Shown here: positions 55,259 to 64,000 of the stretch, piece by piece | Position numbering within the stretch: the first letter of the stretch is position 1 | How the letters are laid out: each line of letters starts with the position of its first letter | Sequence record: MH359124 | DNA: 64,000 bases | Direction: 5' to 3' (one strand) | From: Escherichia phage SF | Translations under genes and position numbers: made by a program | Notes under the pieces: generated by a model | The model's database searches: none | What the model was told of the DNA's origin: nothing | Seen by the model: only the letters and a program-made list of their open reading frames with translations

Positions 55259-55546
55259 ATGTTTATGACCACTTATTTTGATACTCGTAAAAATTTCTGT
55301 GAAGTTGTTTTCTCTAAAGCTGGTAAAGATGTTCCTGCCGACAAACAACCTACTCGTGAATCTATTAAGGCTTATGCTGATGTTGTATGCCCGGTAGAAT
55401 TCCGTACTGTTAATGGACGTGATACCCTAGCAATCACTAAGCTCAACCGTGACATCAATATCGACCCAAGTGTCGCCCGTGAAGTCAATACCTCTGACAT
55501 CTATGGTGGTAATGTTAAAGCCCATGGCTTTCAGATGAGGTTCTAA
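55259..55546 (+). CDS. hypothetical protein
   Basis: Start moved to ATG 55259 downstream of the hairpin; 95 aa. Confidence 0.45.
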   Translation: MFMTTYFDTRKNFCEVVFSKAGKDVPADKQPTRESIKAYADVVCPVEFRTVNGRDTLAITKLNRDINIDPSVAREVNTSDIYGGNVKAHGFQMRF

Positions 55547-55740
55547 TGCAACTATTCTTATCACAAACAGTCAAGTTAAAAGGTGTAGGTATTCCTGGAA
55601 TGATTTCAAAGGTTCTACCTGCTTTTAAATTAGGTAATGTTATTATTAAAGAAGCCTACACCGTCTTATGGGTCGATGGAACTGAAGACGTTCGCATGGG
55701 TGGTGAACTGTCTGTAATCAAATGTTTAAAGCGAGGATAA
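55546..55740 (+). CDS. hypothetical protein
   Basis: 64 aa. Confidence 0.4.
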   Translation: MQLFLSQTVKLKGVGIPGMISKVLPAFKLGNVIIKEAYTVLWVDGTEDVRMGGELSVIKCLKRG

Positions 55741-55741
55741 T

Positions 55742-55960
55742 ATGCTTAAGAAATTGATTCAGAAATTATTAGGTACGGAAATGATCGAAGTTACTTATCG
55801 TGTAACAGACGTTTTTCCATATTATGCAGAAAACCGTTTAGAACCATACGTTACGTCAATTAAAATGCCTAAAAATGATGGAAATTTATCTATCGAAGAC
55901 CGTATACCTGGATACGGCCATTGGGCTGATGTTGAAATTATAAGTGTTAAAGATGTCTGA
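55742..55960 (+). CDS. hypothetical protein
   Basis: 72 aa. Confidence 0.4.
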   Translation: MLKKLIQKLLGTEMIEVTYRVTDVFPYYAENRLEPYVTSIKMPKNDGNLSIEDRIPGYGHWADVEIISVKDV

Positions 55961-56411
55961 ATTAGAAATAAGAAGCAATTTCAAATGGCCGTCATGTGCA
56001 TTAAGTAACTTTGCTCAATGGCCTTTCGTTATGGATGGTATTCAATTCGGAGGACTTGAAGGATTTCTCCAAGGATGTAAGGTGAAAAATGTTGAACAAC
56101 AAAGACGTATATTTGGGTTGTCTGGATTGGCTGCACAGCAAGCTGGAAGGTCTTATGCAAGAGCTCAGGACCGTGGGACTCTCTTCTGGTTAGGAGTTCC
56201 ATTTTCAAGATACTCCGAAGCGTGGAAAGAATTATACACAAATGCATATTTTGAAGCCGCGATCCAAAACAAGGGGTTTCGTGATGCCTTACAAGCCTCT
56301 AAAGGAAAAATTTTGAAGCACAGCATGGCCAGCCACCTAACAAAAGATGATACAATACTAACCGAAGCTGAATTTATTGATGTGTTAAACCTATTAAGAG
56401 ACTCTTTATGA
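55944..56411 (+). CDS. NADAR (YbiA-like, DUF1768) domain protein; putative ADP-ribose/N-glycoside hydrolase
   Basis: 155 aa; LSNFAQWPF..DG..F...E.FLQ pattern resembles the E. coli YbiA core (FSNFAAWPI..DG..W.TSEHYFQ). Confidence 0.55.
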   Translation: MLKMSELEIRSNFKWPSCALSNFAQWPFVMDGIQFGGLEGFLQGCKVKNVEQQRRIFGLSGLAAQQAGRSYARAQDRGTLFWLGVPFSRYSEAWKELYTNAYFEAAIQNKGFRDALQASKGKILKHSMASHLTKDDTILTEAEFIDVLNLLRDSL

Positions 56412-57223
56412 AACCTACTATTTTGACTGATATTGATGGTGTATGTTTAAGCTGGCAATCTGGACTTCCTTATTTTGCCCAAAAATATAATCTTCCATTA
56501 GAACATATTTTAAAAATGATTCAGGACGAAAAATTTATTTCTCCTGGTAAACTATTCAATACCGACGATAACCTCGGTAAACAATTAATAGAAAAATATA
56601 ATCGCTCTGATTTTATTCGTTACTTAGCGCCTTATTCGGATGCTCTTCGAGTTATCAATAAATTAAAAGAAGACTATAATTTTGTAGCCGTGACGGCGCT
56701 AGGTGATTCAATTGATGCTCGATTGAATAGACAATTTAATTTGAATGCTTTGTTCCCAGGTGCCTTTTCTGAAGTAATGATGTGTGGTCATGATTCTTCA
56801 AAGGAACAATTATTCGAACTAGCTAAAACAAAATATAACGTGATTTGTTACGTTGACGATTTAGCTCATCACTGTGACCATGCAGCAGAAATTCTTAATG
56901 TACCGATTTATTGGTTGGCTCGTGGTGAACGTGATGCCATTCCTCGTACTGCACAACGTGTACACACGTGGGATGATATTGAATCTCGTTTGGTTCCACC
57001 CGAGCATAATTCAGATTCAGATCGTGAAGACCTTTTAAAACGATTGGCGGATTTGCTTAAAGAATCTGGTACAACAAGTCCAGGTGCATGGCCTAATCAA
57101 ATTGGCGGTCCGTCGAATCCGTATACCTGGCGAACCCCAGGACCAACCGATATGCAGCCATGGTGGACGATTCAAAACTTTCCTTTAGATTCGTCCAAAT
57201 GGACTTGGTCTACAAATTGTTAA
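56408..57223 (+). CDS. HAD-superfamily phosphatase (putative 5'-nucleotidase-like) with Trp/Pro-rich C-terminal tail
   Basis: 271 aa; HAD motif I DIDGV near N-terminus, downstream VDD motif; ATGA-coupled to the NADAR ORF. Confidence 0.5.
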   Translation: MKPTILTDIDGVCLSWQSGLPYFAQKYNLPLEHILKMIQDEKFISPGKLFNTDDNLGKQLIEKYNRSDFIRYLAPYSDALRVINKLKEDYNFVAVTALGDSIDARLNRQFNLNALFPGAFSEVMMCGHDSSKEQLFELAKTKYNVICYVDDLAHHCDHAAEILNVPIYWLARGERDAIPRTAQRVHTWDDIESRLVPPEHNSDSDREDLLKRLADLLKESGTTSPGAWPNQIGGPSNPYTWRTPGPTDMQPWWTIQNFPLDSSKWTWSTNC

Positions 57224-57232
57224 GGGTTAATT

Positions 57233-57502
57233 ATGTTTGTAGTTCATGATATTACAGATGGCAAAAACACAACGCGTGACTACGGTCACGTTAACATGTT
57301 CTTTCGAGACTGTCCATTGTTTCGTTCAGTAAAAGACGCAGAAATATTTAAAGAGTGTGTTGAACAAGGGTTCATCTACATTTCAGAATATTATGTTGAA
57401 GGTCTCGGTAAATGGATTACCACTTATCAGAAAACGCTGAAATCGCTTCTAGATGAAGTGGCTTATAATAGAACCGTAACCAAAATCGAGGACATCAAAT
57501 GA
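57233..57502 (+). CDS. hypothetical protein
   Basis: 89 aa; ATGA overlap with ligase start. Confidence 0.45.
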   Translation: MFVVHDITDGKNTTRDYGHVNMFFRDCPLFRSVKDAEIFKECVEQGFIYISEYYVEGLGKWITTYQKTLKSLLDEVAYNRTVTKIEDIK

Positions 57503-58992
57503 TTTTAGATATTTTAAACCAAATAGCTGCGATCGGTTCTACTAAAACAAAACAAGAAATCCTTAAGAAAAATAAGGACAACAAATTACTTGAACGTGTG
57601 TATCGTTTAACATATGCACGTGGTATCCAGTATTATATTAAGAAATGGCCAGGACCGGGTGAAAGGTCTCAAGCATATGGTCTTCTTGAATTAGATGACA
57701 TGTTGGATTTTATTGAGTTCACATTAGCCACTCGTAAACTCACTGGTAATGCCGCAATTAAAGAGCTCATGGGTTATATCGCTGACGGTAAACCTGATGA
57801 TGTAGAAGTCCTTCGTCGTGTAATGATGCGCGACCTTGAAGTAGGTGCTTCAGTGTCTATCGCGAATAAGGTGTGGCCTGGACTTATTCAATTGCAACCA
57901 CAGATGTTAGCATCTGCATATGATGAGAAATTGATTACTAAAAATATTAAATGGCCCGCATTTGCCCAATTAAAAGCAGATGGTGCTCGTTGTTTCGCTG
58001 AAGTTCGCGATGATGGTGTTCAATTCTTTTCTCGTGCCGGTAACGAATACCATAGTCTTACTCTATTAGCGGATGAACTAATGGAAATGACTAAAGAAGC
58101 TCGTGAAAGACACCCTAATGGGGTTTTAATCGACGGTGAATTAGTTTATCATTCATTTGATATTAAAAAGGCTGTGAGCTCAGGAAATGACCTGTCGTTC
58201 TTATTTGGTGATAATGAAGAATCTGAAGAAGTACAAGTTGCAGACCGTAGCACTTCAAATGGTCTAGCAAATAAATCTCTTCAAGGGACTATTTCTCCTA
58301 AAGAAGCGGAAGGTATGGTTCTTCAAGCCTGGGACTATGTTCCTTTAGATGAAGTCTATTCTGATGGCAAAATTAAAGGTCAGAAATACGATGTTCGTTT
58401 TGCTGCTCTTGAAAATATGGCTGAAGGCTTTAAGCGAATTGAGCCAATTGAAAATCAGTTAGTTCGTAATCTTGACGAAGCTAAAGTGGTTTATAAAAAA
58501 TATGTCGACCAAGGTCTTGAAGGTATTATCCTTAAAAACCGTGATTCATATTGGGAAAACAAACGCTCTAAGAACCTAATTAAATTTAAAGAAGTTATTG
58601 ATATCGCTTTAGAAGTTGTAGGATACTATGAACACTCTAAAGACCCTAACAAATTAGGTGGTGTCGAACTCGTATCACGTTGTCGTCGTATTACAACCGA
58701 TTGTGGTTCAGGGTTTAAAGATACAACTCATAAAACAGTTGACGGTGTAAAGGTTCTTATTCCTTTAGACGAGCGTCATGATTTGGACCGTGAACGATTA
58801 ATGACCGAAGCTCGTGAAGGTAAATTAATCGGACGTATCGCTGATTGTGAATGTAATGGTTGGGTTCATTCTAAAGGCCGTGAAGGCACTGTAGGTATTT
58901 TCCTTCCAATTATTAAAGGGTTCCGTTTTGATAAAACAGAAGCGGATTCATTTGAAGACGTATTTGGACCGTGGTCCCAGACAGGTTTATAA
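57499..58992 (+). CDS. 30: ATP-dependent DNA ligase gp30
   Basis: 497 aa; MILDILNQIAAIGSTKTKQEILKKNKDN, adenylation motif around AQLKADGAR, C-terminal EDVFG; colinear with recalled T4 ligase. Confidence 0.95.
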   Translation: MILDILNQIAAIGSTKTKQEILKKNKDNKLLERVYRLTYARGIQYYIKKWPGPGERSQAYGLLELDDMLDFIEFTLATRKLTGNAAIKELMGYIADGKPDDVEVLRRVMMRDLEVGASVSIANKVWPGLIQLQPQMLASAYDEKLITKNIKWPAFAQLKADGARCFAEVRDDGVQFFSRAGNEYHSLTLLADELMEMTKEARERHPNGVLIDGELVYHSFDIKKAVSSGNDLSFLFGDNEESEEVQVADRSTSNGLANKSLQGTISPKEAEGMVLQAWDYVPLDEVYSDGKIKGQKYDVRFAALENMAEGFKRIEPIENQLVRNLDEAKVVYKKYVDQGLEGIILKNRDSYWENKRSKNLIKFKEVIDIALEVVGYYEHSKDPNKLGGVELVSRCRRITTDCGSGFKDTTHKTVDGVKVLIPLDERHDLDRERLMTEAREGKLIGRIADCECNGWVHSKGREGTVGIFLPIIKGFRFDKTEADSFEDVFGPWSQTGL

Positions 58993-59180
58993 TGAAAGCT
59001 TATTTAGAAACAGTAGTTGTCACTAATAAAGACGGTAGTGATGTTTCCACCTCTTGTTCACAAATTGTATTAGATTTTCCTAATAACGATTCCTATCATA
59101 TTTTTATGGACAATTTTGATATGTACGAAAAAGGCCCTAATTTTGAAGTTTATCGTACTTTGCTCCCTATTGTGGATTAA
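58992..59180 (+). CDS. hypothetical protein
   Basis: Start moved to ATG 58992 overlapping ligase stop; 62 aa. Confidence 0.4.
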   Translation: MKAYLETVVVTNKDGSDVSTSCSQIVLDFPNNDSYHIFMDNFDMYEKGPNFEVYRTLLPIVD

Positions 59181-59204
59181 GAGCCTTCGGGCTCTTTTTT
59201 TTTG
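59181..59204 (+). terminator. rho-independent terminator
   Basis: gagcc-ttcg-ggctc + T9. Confidence 0.6.
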
Positions 59205-59239
59205 GCATAAATATAAATTATTACTAAAAGGAAAACACT

Positions 59240-61327
59240 ATGTCTGAACAATTAAATGAAGTGTTTGAATCTGAAGGCAGTCTTCCTGTCGTCAATTTGA
59301 ACCCTAAAGCTAAAGTTCCACAAGTCTGGAAGATTGGTGATATTGATACAAACATCGTAGTTCGCTTATTCTCTTACCTTTCTGAAGGCGATGCTGTAAA
59401 ACAAGTTAAACTTGGCGACAAATACGCTCATGTTGTTATTATGAGTCTGTCTGAAAAGGGTAATCTCGCTGAATTGAAAAATGGCCTTGGTCCTGCTCCT
59501 ATTGATGCAATCAACACCATTTTCAATACAGTATATGAACAAGTTAAAGCTCTTCGTATGGATGCAGTTCTGTTCCGATTCCCTACCAAGAAATTGAAAG
59601 GACGTGGACAGCAACTTCAAACTCTTCTTGCTCGTTTAGTTTCTACTAAAACCGGTGGCCGTTTTAAAGTATTGTCGGCAATGTATCAATTCACAGGTAA
59701 ACACACCTATGTGATGATGGTTCGTAAAAATGCTAACATTGAAGATATTAAAGGCATCCCTAACATTAACACAGAGTTGTACACGAAAGTAGATTCTGAT
59801 GTTGGCGAAGTTTATGTGAGTAAAAAGACTGGCGAAAAGGTCACCAAAGAAACGGCTATCGCTGGTTCTATTGCTGCGGTAGAAGAAAAACGTAAAGATA
59901 AGCCTGTTATTGCTCGTACTAAAATTTCTCGTCGTGCTATTGCAGCAAGTCAATCTTTAGAAGCTGACCGTCAAGAAGGTGAGTTATTCCAGAAATACGA
60001 AAATTCTGCTAAAGAAGTTAGCGGCCCAGCTACAGCCGAATTACTTCCTGAAGCATATGAAATCGTACTAGCCCAAGCATCGTCCACAGCAAAAGGCACT
60101 TTAGTTGCTGATATCGAAAATAAGATTTATAATCGCATTGATGAATCCTTTAGATTTGCTGATGAAGTTTCTTATGGTGGTGTTATTAAACCAACTTTAG
60201 AAAAGTTTGCTAAGAAAATTAAAACTGAAAAAACAACATCTGTTAAAGCATTAGCTGCTTTTGTTGAAGCTGCAAATGAAATTGCAGACTCTATTAAAGA
60301 CGAATGGTTTGAAGATTTTAGACGTGATAATTTCCAACTGGCCGACGACGTTTTAGCTGAAGTATCTGAAAAAACTTGGAAACAACGCAAATCAGCGTTC
60401 TTGTCTAATGTGATGTATACTTATGCACGAGAATCGGCTAGAGGCACCTTTAATATAACAATGAATCGGGACCCTAAACAATACTCTGTTGCTGAAAAAC
60501 GAGCTATTCGTGAATATGCCTCTTCTGCGTATACCGATATCAATAATATGTTGTTAGGTCGTTATAAACCAGATTTTTACGATGTTGCAGATGAAGATGA
60601 AGTTAAACGCGCTATTGATGGTCTTGATTCGGCGTTTTTAAATGGAGACCGTTTACCTGAAGGACTAACGTTATATAGAGCTCAGTCTATCAGAATGCCT
60701 ATTTACGAAGCAATGGTTAAAAATAAGGTATTCTACTTCAGAAACTATGTTTCCACTTCACTAGCTCCTATTATTTTCGGTGGGTTTAAAGAGAACGTTG
60801 CCCTTGGACTTGCTCCTGAAGAAGTTCGCAAAGAGCTTAACATTGATAATAACGACGAAGGTGTTACTATTTCTCCTAGTCAAGTAAGAACAGCTATGCA
60901 TGCACCAGAACAAATCCGTGTTAACGTCGGATGGGCTATTGATGGCGCCCATAAAGTTAACGTGATTTATCCTGGACAGTTGAGTAATCACCCTAACGAG
61001 CAAGAAATTATTTTGCCTAGAGGCATTCTCTTGCAGATAAATAAAATTACAGATGCGTCATCTGACACTGGTGCAGGTTTAGAATCCAACCTTAAATTTA
61101 TTCAAGCTGAAGTCATGTCCTCAGACCAGTTGGACGAAGCTGTCATTTACGATGGTGATGTTCTCATGGAAACAGGCGAGGTGGTTGCTATGACGGGTGA
61201 AATCGAATCGGATGAGCCGGTATCGTTCTCTTCATTTGTAGAAAAAACTAGTGCACCTAAAGGTTTGAAATTGTTAGCATCTTTAATGGATTTAGAATCA
61301 GTTCCGTTTAAATTTGTCCAAGGATAG
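59240..61327 (+). CDS. alt: ADP-ribosyltransferase Alt (virion-packaged)
   Basis: 695 aa; C-terminal third colinear with recalled T4 Alt (YEAMVKN.VFYFRNFVSTSL, ILPRG, KITDAS, LIQAEVM, VIYDGD.LMETGE, KFVQG). Confidence 0.9.
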   Translation: MSEQLNEVFESEGSLPVVNLNPKAKVPQVWKIGDIDTNIVVRLFSYLSEGDAVKQVKLGDKYAHVVIMSLSEKGNLAELKNGLGPAPIDAINTIFNTVYEQVKALRMDAVLFRFPTKKLKGRGQQLQTLLARLVSTKTGGRFKVLSAMYQFTGKHTYVMMVRKNANIEDIKGIPNINTELYTKVDSDVGEVYVSKKTGEKVTKETAIAGSIAAVEEKRKDKPVIARTKISRRAIAASQSLEADRQEGELFQKYENSAKEVSGPATAELLPEAYEIVLAQASSTAKGTLVADIENKIYNRIDESFRFADEVSYGGVIKPTLEKFAKKIKTEKTTSVKALAAFVEAANEIADSIKDEWFEDFRRDNFQLADDVLAEVSEKTWKQRKSAFLSNVMYTYARESARGTFNITMNRDPKQYSVAEKRAIREYASSAYTDINNMLLGRYKPDFYDVADEDEVKRAIDGLDSAFLNGDRLPEGLTLYRAQSIRMPIYEAMVKNKVFYFRNYVSTSLAPIIFGGFKENVALGLAPEEVRKELNIDNNDEGVTISPSQVRTAMHAPEQIRVNVGWAIDGAHKVNVIYPGQLSNHPNEQEIILPRGILLQINKITDASSDTGAGLESNLKFIQAEVMSSDQLDEAVIYDGDVLMETGEVVAMTGEIESDEPVSFSSFVEKTSAPKGLKLLASLMDLESVPFKFVQG

Positions 61328-61356
61328 TTTACAAACACATGGATGTGTGATACTAT
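61327..61356 (+). promoter_or_regulatory. early promoter with CACATG/ATGTGTG stem
   Basis: GTTTAC at 61327, TGATACTAT -10, downstream ATCAACAACATGAGGAAA as in the cassette at 39260. Confidence 0.45.
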
Positions 61357-61385
61357 CATTCCATCAACAACATGAGGAAAACGTT

Positions 61386-61679
61386 ATGAAATCTATGCTT
61401 CGCTTTAATGGTCAAGAACTAGTAGTTGAAGATGTTATCCCAGCGGATGATGCTTTTAACGAAGCTGTGATTGACGAATTGAATCGAGTATTCCCAGGTG
61501 CATTCCATATTGCTATGGAACCTCTTAAAAACTTTCGTGACCCTGAGCACACTGATCAAATTTTTGTCGGTGTAGTGACAGGTCATTTAGAAACAGAGGT
61601 ACCAATGGTCGTATTAGTTAAATACTCTAAAGATGATACTCCATTCCGAGCACCAGCATTCCTTTCATTCCGTAAATAA
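61386..61679 (+). CDS. hypothetical protein
   Basis: Start moved to ATG 61386 after GAGGA SD; 97 aa. Confidence 0.45.
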   Translation: MKSMLRFNGQELVVEDVIPADDAFNEAVIDELNRVFPGAFHIAMEPLKNFRDPEHTDQIFVGVVTGHLETEVPMVVLVKYSKDDTPFRAPAFLSFRK

Positions 61680-61688
61680 ACCCCTAAA

Positions 61689-61711
61689 GGGAGACGTCGT
61701 CTCCCTTTTTC
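61689..61711. terminator. bidirectional terminator between convergent units
   Basis: gggagac-g-tcgtctccc hairpin with T5 on the plus side; lies between a plus-strand stop (61679) and the gp54 stop (61713). Confidence 0.5.
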
Positions 61712-61712
61712 C

Positions 61713-62675
61713 TTATAGTCCTAAAACTCTTGACGCAGAATTCACCACACCTGTCAATGTGTTTATATTAGACACACCTCCAGCAGTCCCACCTAATCTA
61801 GAAAGTCTTGATACTGCACTTCCTAGACCAGAATCGTTCTGATTATTTCCAAACATTCCTGAAACACTACTAATAAGTCCTGATTCCAGCCATTCTAAAG
61901 CAGCCTGTCTATTTACAGCACCTGATTGCATAACACGATAAGCAAATGTTACGTCAAAAACTGTTATTTGGTTATCACCATCATACGTTAACTCAGGAGA
62001 AGAGACACTAACAGGAATACATCCAGTGAACATGACAGCAGTATGTGGTAAACCATTTCGTGCATGTAAATTAACCTGAATATCTGCTTCGACGTCTTGT
62101 GGTAAAGCACGAAGACCTGTTACAGGGTCTTGGACTGAGTTTACCCAGTCTTGCATTGCTCTAAAGTTAGATGCTTCGGAATCCATTCTAAAGCTTATTA
62201 CTAACGGGTCCATTTCACGGCCGGTAATTCGGATGTTCGGGGAGTTATAGTTGAAATCTGTTTCATAAGATAATCGGTTCTCAGGCATTTTTACAGAATA
62301 AATCATTAAACCTGTATTATTATATGCCATATTGAAGAAGTCTATCAGATAAGCTCCTACTGTGAACTCACCTAACAAGCTTTGTACCGTACGTTGACTC
62401 ATTGCTCCAATCAGATATTTACTTACACCTGATTTTCGAATTAATTTCTGTGTTCCTGCTGTAATCAGGGTTGTTACGCCCTGATTGATATCACCTTGAG
62501 TCAATCCTAGCCAATCGGAATCCAACCCTAAGTTATTATAAGCAAAACTACCAATTGACGAAATTAGTGAAGACGATTTGGTCGATGGTGTAGTAGCAAA
62601 TACACAACTAAACATATTGTTTCGTTGGAAATCTGCATTTATAGCTTGGTTATTAAATTCTTCTAAAGAGTACAT
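61713..62675 (-). CDS. 54: baseplate tail-tube initiator gp54
   Basis: 320 aa, T4 gp54 size; N-terminus MYSLEEFNNQAINADFQRNNMFSCVFATTP matches recalled T4 gp54; order 29-48-54 on the minus strand. Confidence 0.85.
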   Translation of the reverse strand: MYSLEEFNNQAINADFQRNNMFSCVFATTPSTKSSSLISSIGSFAYNNLGLDSDWLGLTQGDINQGVTTLITAGTQKLIRKSGVSKYLIGAMSQRTVQSLLGEFTVGAYLIDFFNMAYNNTGLMIYSVKMPENRLSYETDFNYNSPNIRITGREMDPLVISFRMDSEASNFRAMQDWVNSVQDPVTGLRALPQDVEADIQVNLHARNGLPHTAVMFTGCIPVSVSSPELTYDGDNQITVFDVTFAYRVMQSGAVNRQAALEWLESGLISSVSGMFGNNQNDSGLGSAVSRLSRLGGTAGGVSNINTLTGVVNSASRVLGL

Positions 62676-63784
62676 TAGAAAGTCCCCGCATAAAGTGAAG
62701 AACGGTTTAATGTAATAATTTCTCGCATTGTTATCTCTAACGTAAATGTTGACGGTAAGTTAGGAGCAACAGCGAGACCATTAAATTGTCCATTTGGAGT
62801 TTTATCAAAACGTACGCTTTGAATTTGGCATGGGCCAAATACGTCAGTTAATCCATCAAATTTAGACGTATAACCAAAGTTTTTAACCATCCAAATTGTA
62901 GGGTTGCTTACAACTAATACATTTGTTAATGATGCAGTAATCTTTTCAAACAATGTCTTATTTTTTACTGCATCATCTGGCGTCATAGGCTCAATAAACG
63001 TTGAACGGTACCATTCGTCTAAATAACTTTTAATCTCTTGGGCGTACTGTGATTTACCAGTCTCACCATATGAGAAATAGTTAAAATACTGGTAAATGTT
63101 TATAATAGCCATAAGGTCTTCAGTTGAACGTGGAGTTAAATCCCATGTAAAGACTTTAGTACGGTTCTCAGCACCGCCATACATACTACGAGAAGTCGTA
63201 TAAATCTGTTCGTTATTATCAGCCATAAGCCCTTGAGTAATAGAATCTAATGCACCAAAAACTGCAGTAGAAGCAATGTTACTTAAAACACCCGTAGCAG
63301 TACCTCCACCTTTAGTAATAAGGCTATCACCAATATCATTAAAACGGTGTGAAGTTGTATCAACGTCAGATTTGGAACGTGGCAAAAGTATATTAGCAAC
63401 AGGAGTTTTATTTATAGTAGGTTTATTAGCTCCGGCAGGAAGCAACCCATTAGAGAATTTAGTCACTGCATCTTTCACATTATCAGTTAAATCTGATATG
63501 ATACCATTAGATGAAGTGCCGGCGTATGCCGGACGTAAATTCCTGAGGGATCCTGAATCGCGTGCAGACATATTGTACGCGGTAAATAATAATCCATTCT
63601 TATAAAGGTCTGTTACCTGGAAGTCTCCTGTGGAGTCATTTCCGGCTGCTCTTCCTGTAGGAAATTGAGCAACATAAGTTTTAGTAGTTGTTTCGGTTTT
63701 AGTGCTTTGCCCAGCACTTTCTGAGACTGGGATTGCTTTATTTAAATCCTTTGCATCTACTACTATTTCTTTTACACTAATCAT
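62675..63784 (-). CDS. 48: baseplate/tail-tube associated protein gp48
   Basis: 369 aa; called by size and position between 29 and 54. Confidence 0.8.
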   Translation of the reverse strand: MISVKEIVVDAKDLNKAIPVSESAGQSTKTETTTKTYVAQFPTGRAAGNDSTGDFQVTDLYKNGLLFTAYNMSARDSGSLRNLRPAYAGTSSNGIISDLTDNVKDAVTKFSNGLLPAGANKPTINKTPVANILLPRSKSDVDTTSHRFNDIGDSLITKGGGTATGVLSNIASTAVFGALDSITQGLMADNNEQIYTTSRSMYGGAENRTKVFTWDLTPRSTEDLMAIINIYQYFNYFSYGETGKSQYAQEIKSYLDEWYRSTFIEPMTPDDAVKNKTLFEKITASLTNVLVVSNPTIWMVKNFGYTSKFDGLTDVFGPCQIQSVRFDKTPNGQFNGLAVAPNLPSTFTLEITMREIITLNRSSLYAGTF

Positions 63785-63792
63785 AATAATCC

Positions 63793-64000
63793 TTAATTAA
63801 CACCGGTGGCATGGAAAATTCCAGGAGCCGTTGTACTTGTTACAGGGGTCATATTCTGGACTACGGTATTCTTTTTGACGACATTATTTGTGTTACTAAT
63901 AGCCGCTACCGGTTGCTGTTGTTTAGATTCAGAAGCACGTCCTTTCTCTATTGACTGAACTTGTTTTGCTTCAGGAGATTTAGTCGAAGATTCAGGCTTA
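63793..64000 (-). CDS. 29: tail length determinator gp29, C-terminal fragment (gene continues beyond window)
   Basis: Hand-translated open frame on the minus strand from the window edge to TAA at 63795-63793 (...KQQQPVAAISNTNNVVKKNTVVQNMTPVTSTTAPGIFHATGVN*); synteny with 48 and 54. Confidence 0.55.
   Translation of the reverse strand, partial: KPESSTKSPEAKQVQSIEKGRASESKQQQPVAAISNTNNVVKKNTVVQNMTPVTSTTAPGIFHATGVN

Overview
This window is a T-even (T4-like, Tevenvirinae) myophage segment in reverse-complement orientation relative to the conventional T4 map. All identifications are from my recall of T4 protein sequences, motifs and gene order; no database search was run. The plus strand carries a dense early/middle block: primase 61, dCTPase 56, soc, ADP-ribosyltransferases modB/modA, dda, dexA, an undivided topoisomerase 39(+60), rIIA, rIIB, ndd, topoisomerase 52, motA and asiA. 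The minus strand carries a late block: holin t and long-tail-fiber genes 38, 37, 36, 35, 34. The plus strand then resumes with rnh, dsbA, 33, 59, 32, frd, intron-less td, nrdA, intron-less nrdB, denA, rnlA(63), alc, a spanin pair, pseT, cd, 31, rIII, DNA ligase 30 and alt, ending with baseplate genes 54, 48 and the 3' end of 29 on the minus strand. The phage is not T4 itself: gp38 is the T2-type glycine-rich adhesin, 39 and 60 are fused, and no homing endonucleases or introns are present. Candidates worth a second look are a complete DAHP synthase between pseT and cd, a GT-B-like glycosyltransferase between 39 and rIIA, a NADAR/HAD pair upstream of ligase, a tandem triplicated gene family after dexA, and a pervasive family of early-promoter/stem-loop cassettes (PeSL-like) with near-identical copies. 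Regulatory signals read directly from the sequence include GTTTAC/TATAAT early promoters, TATAAATA late promoters, UUCG-loop terminators and the gene 32 leader hairpin. Coordinates of short motifs are hand-counted and may be off by a base or two.
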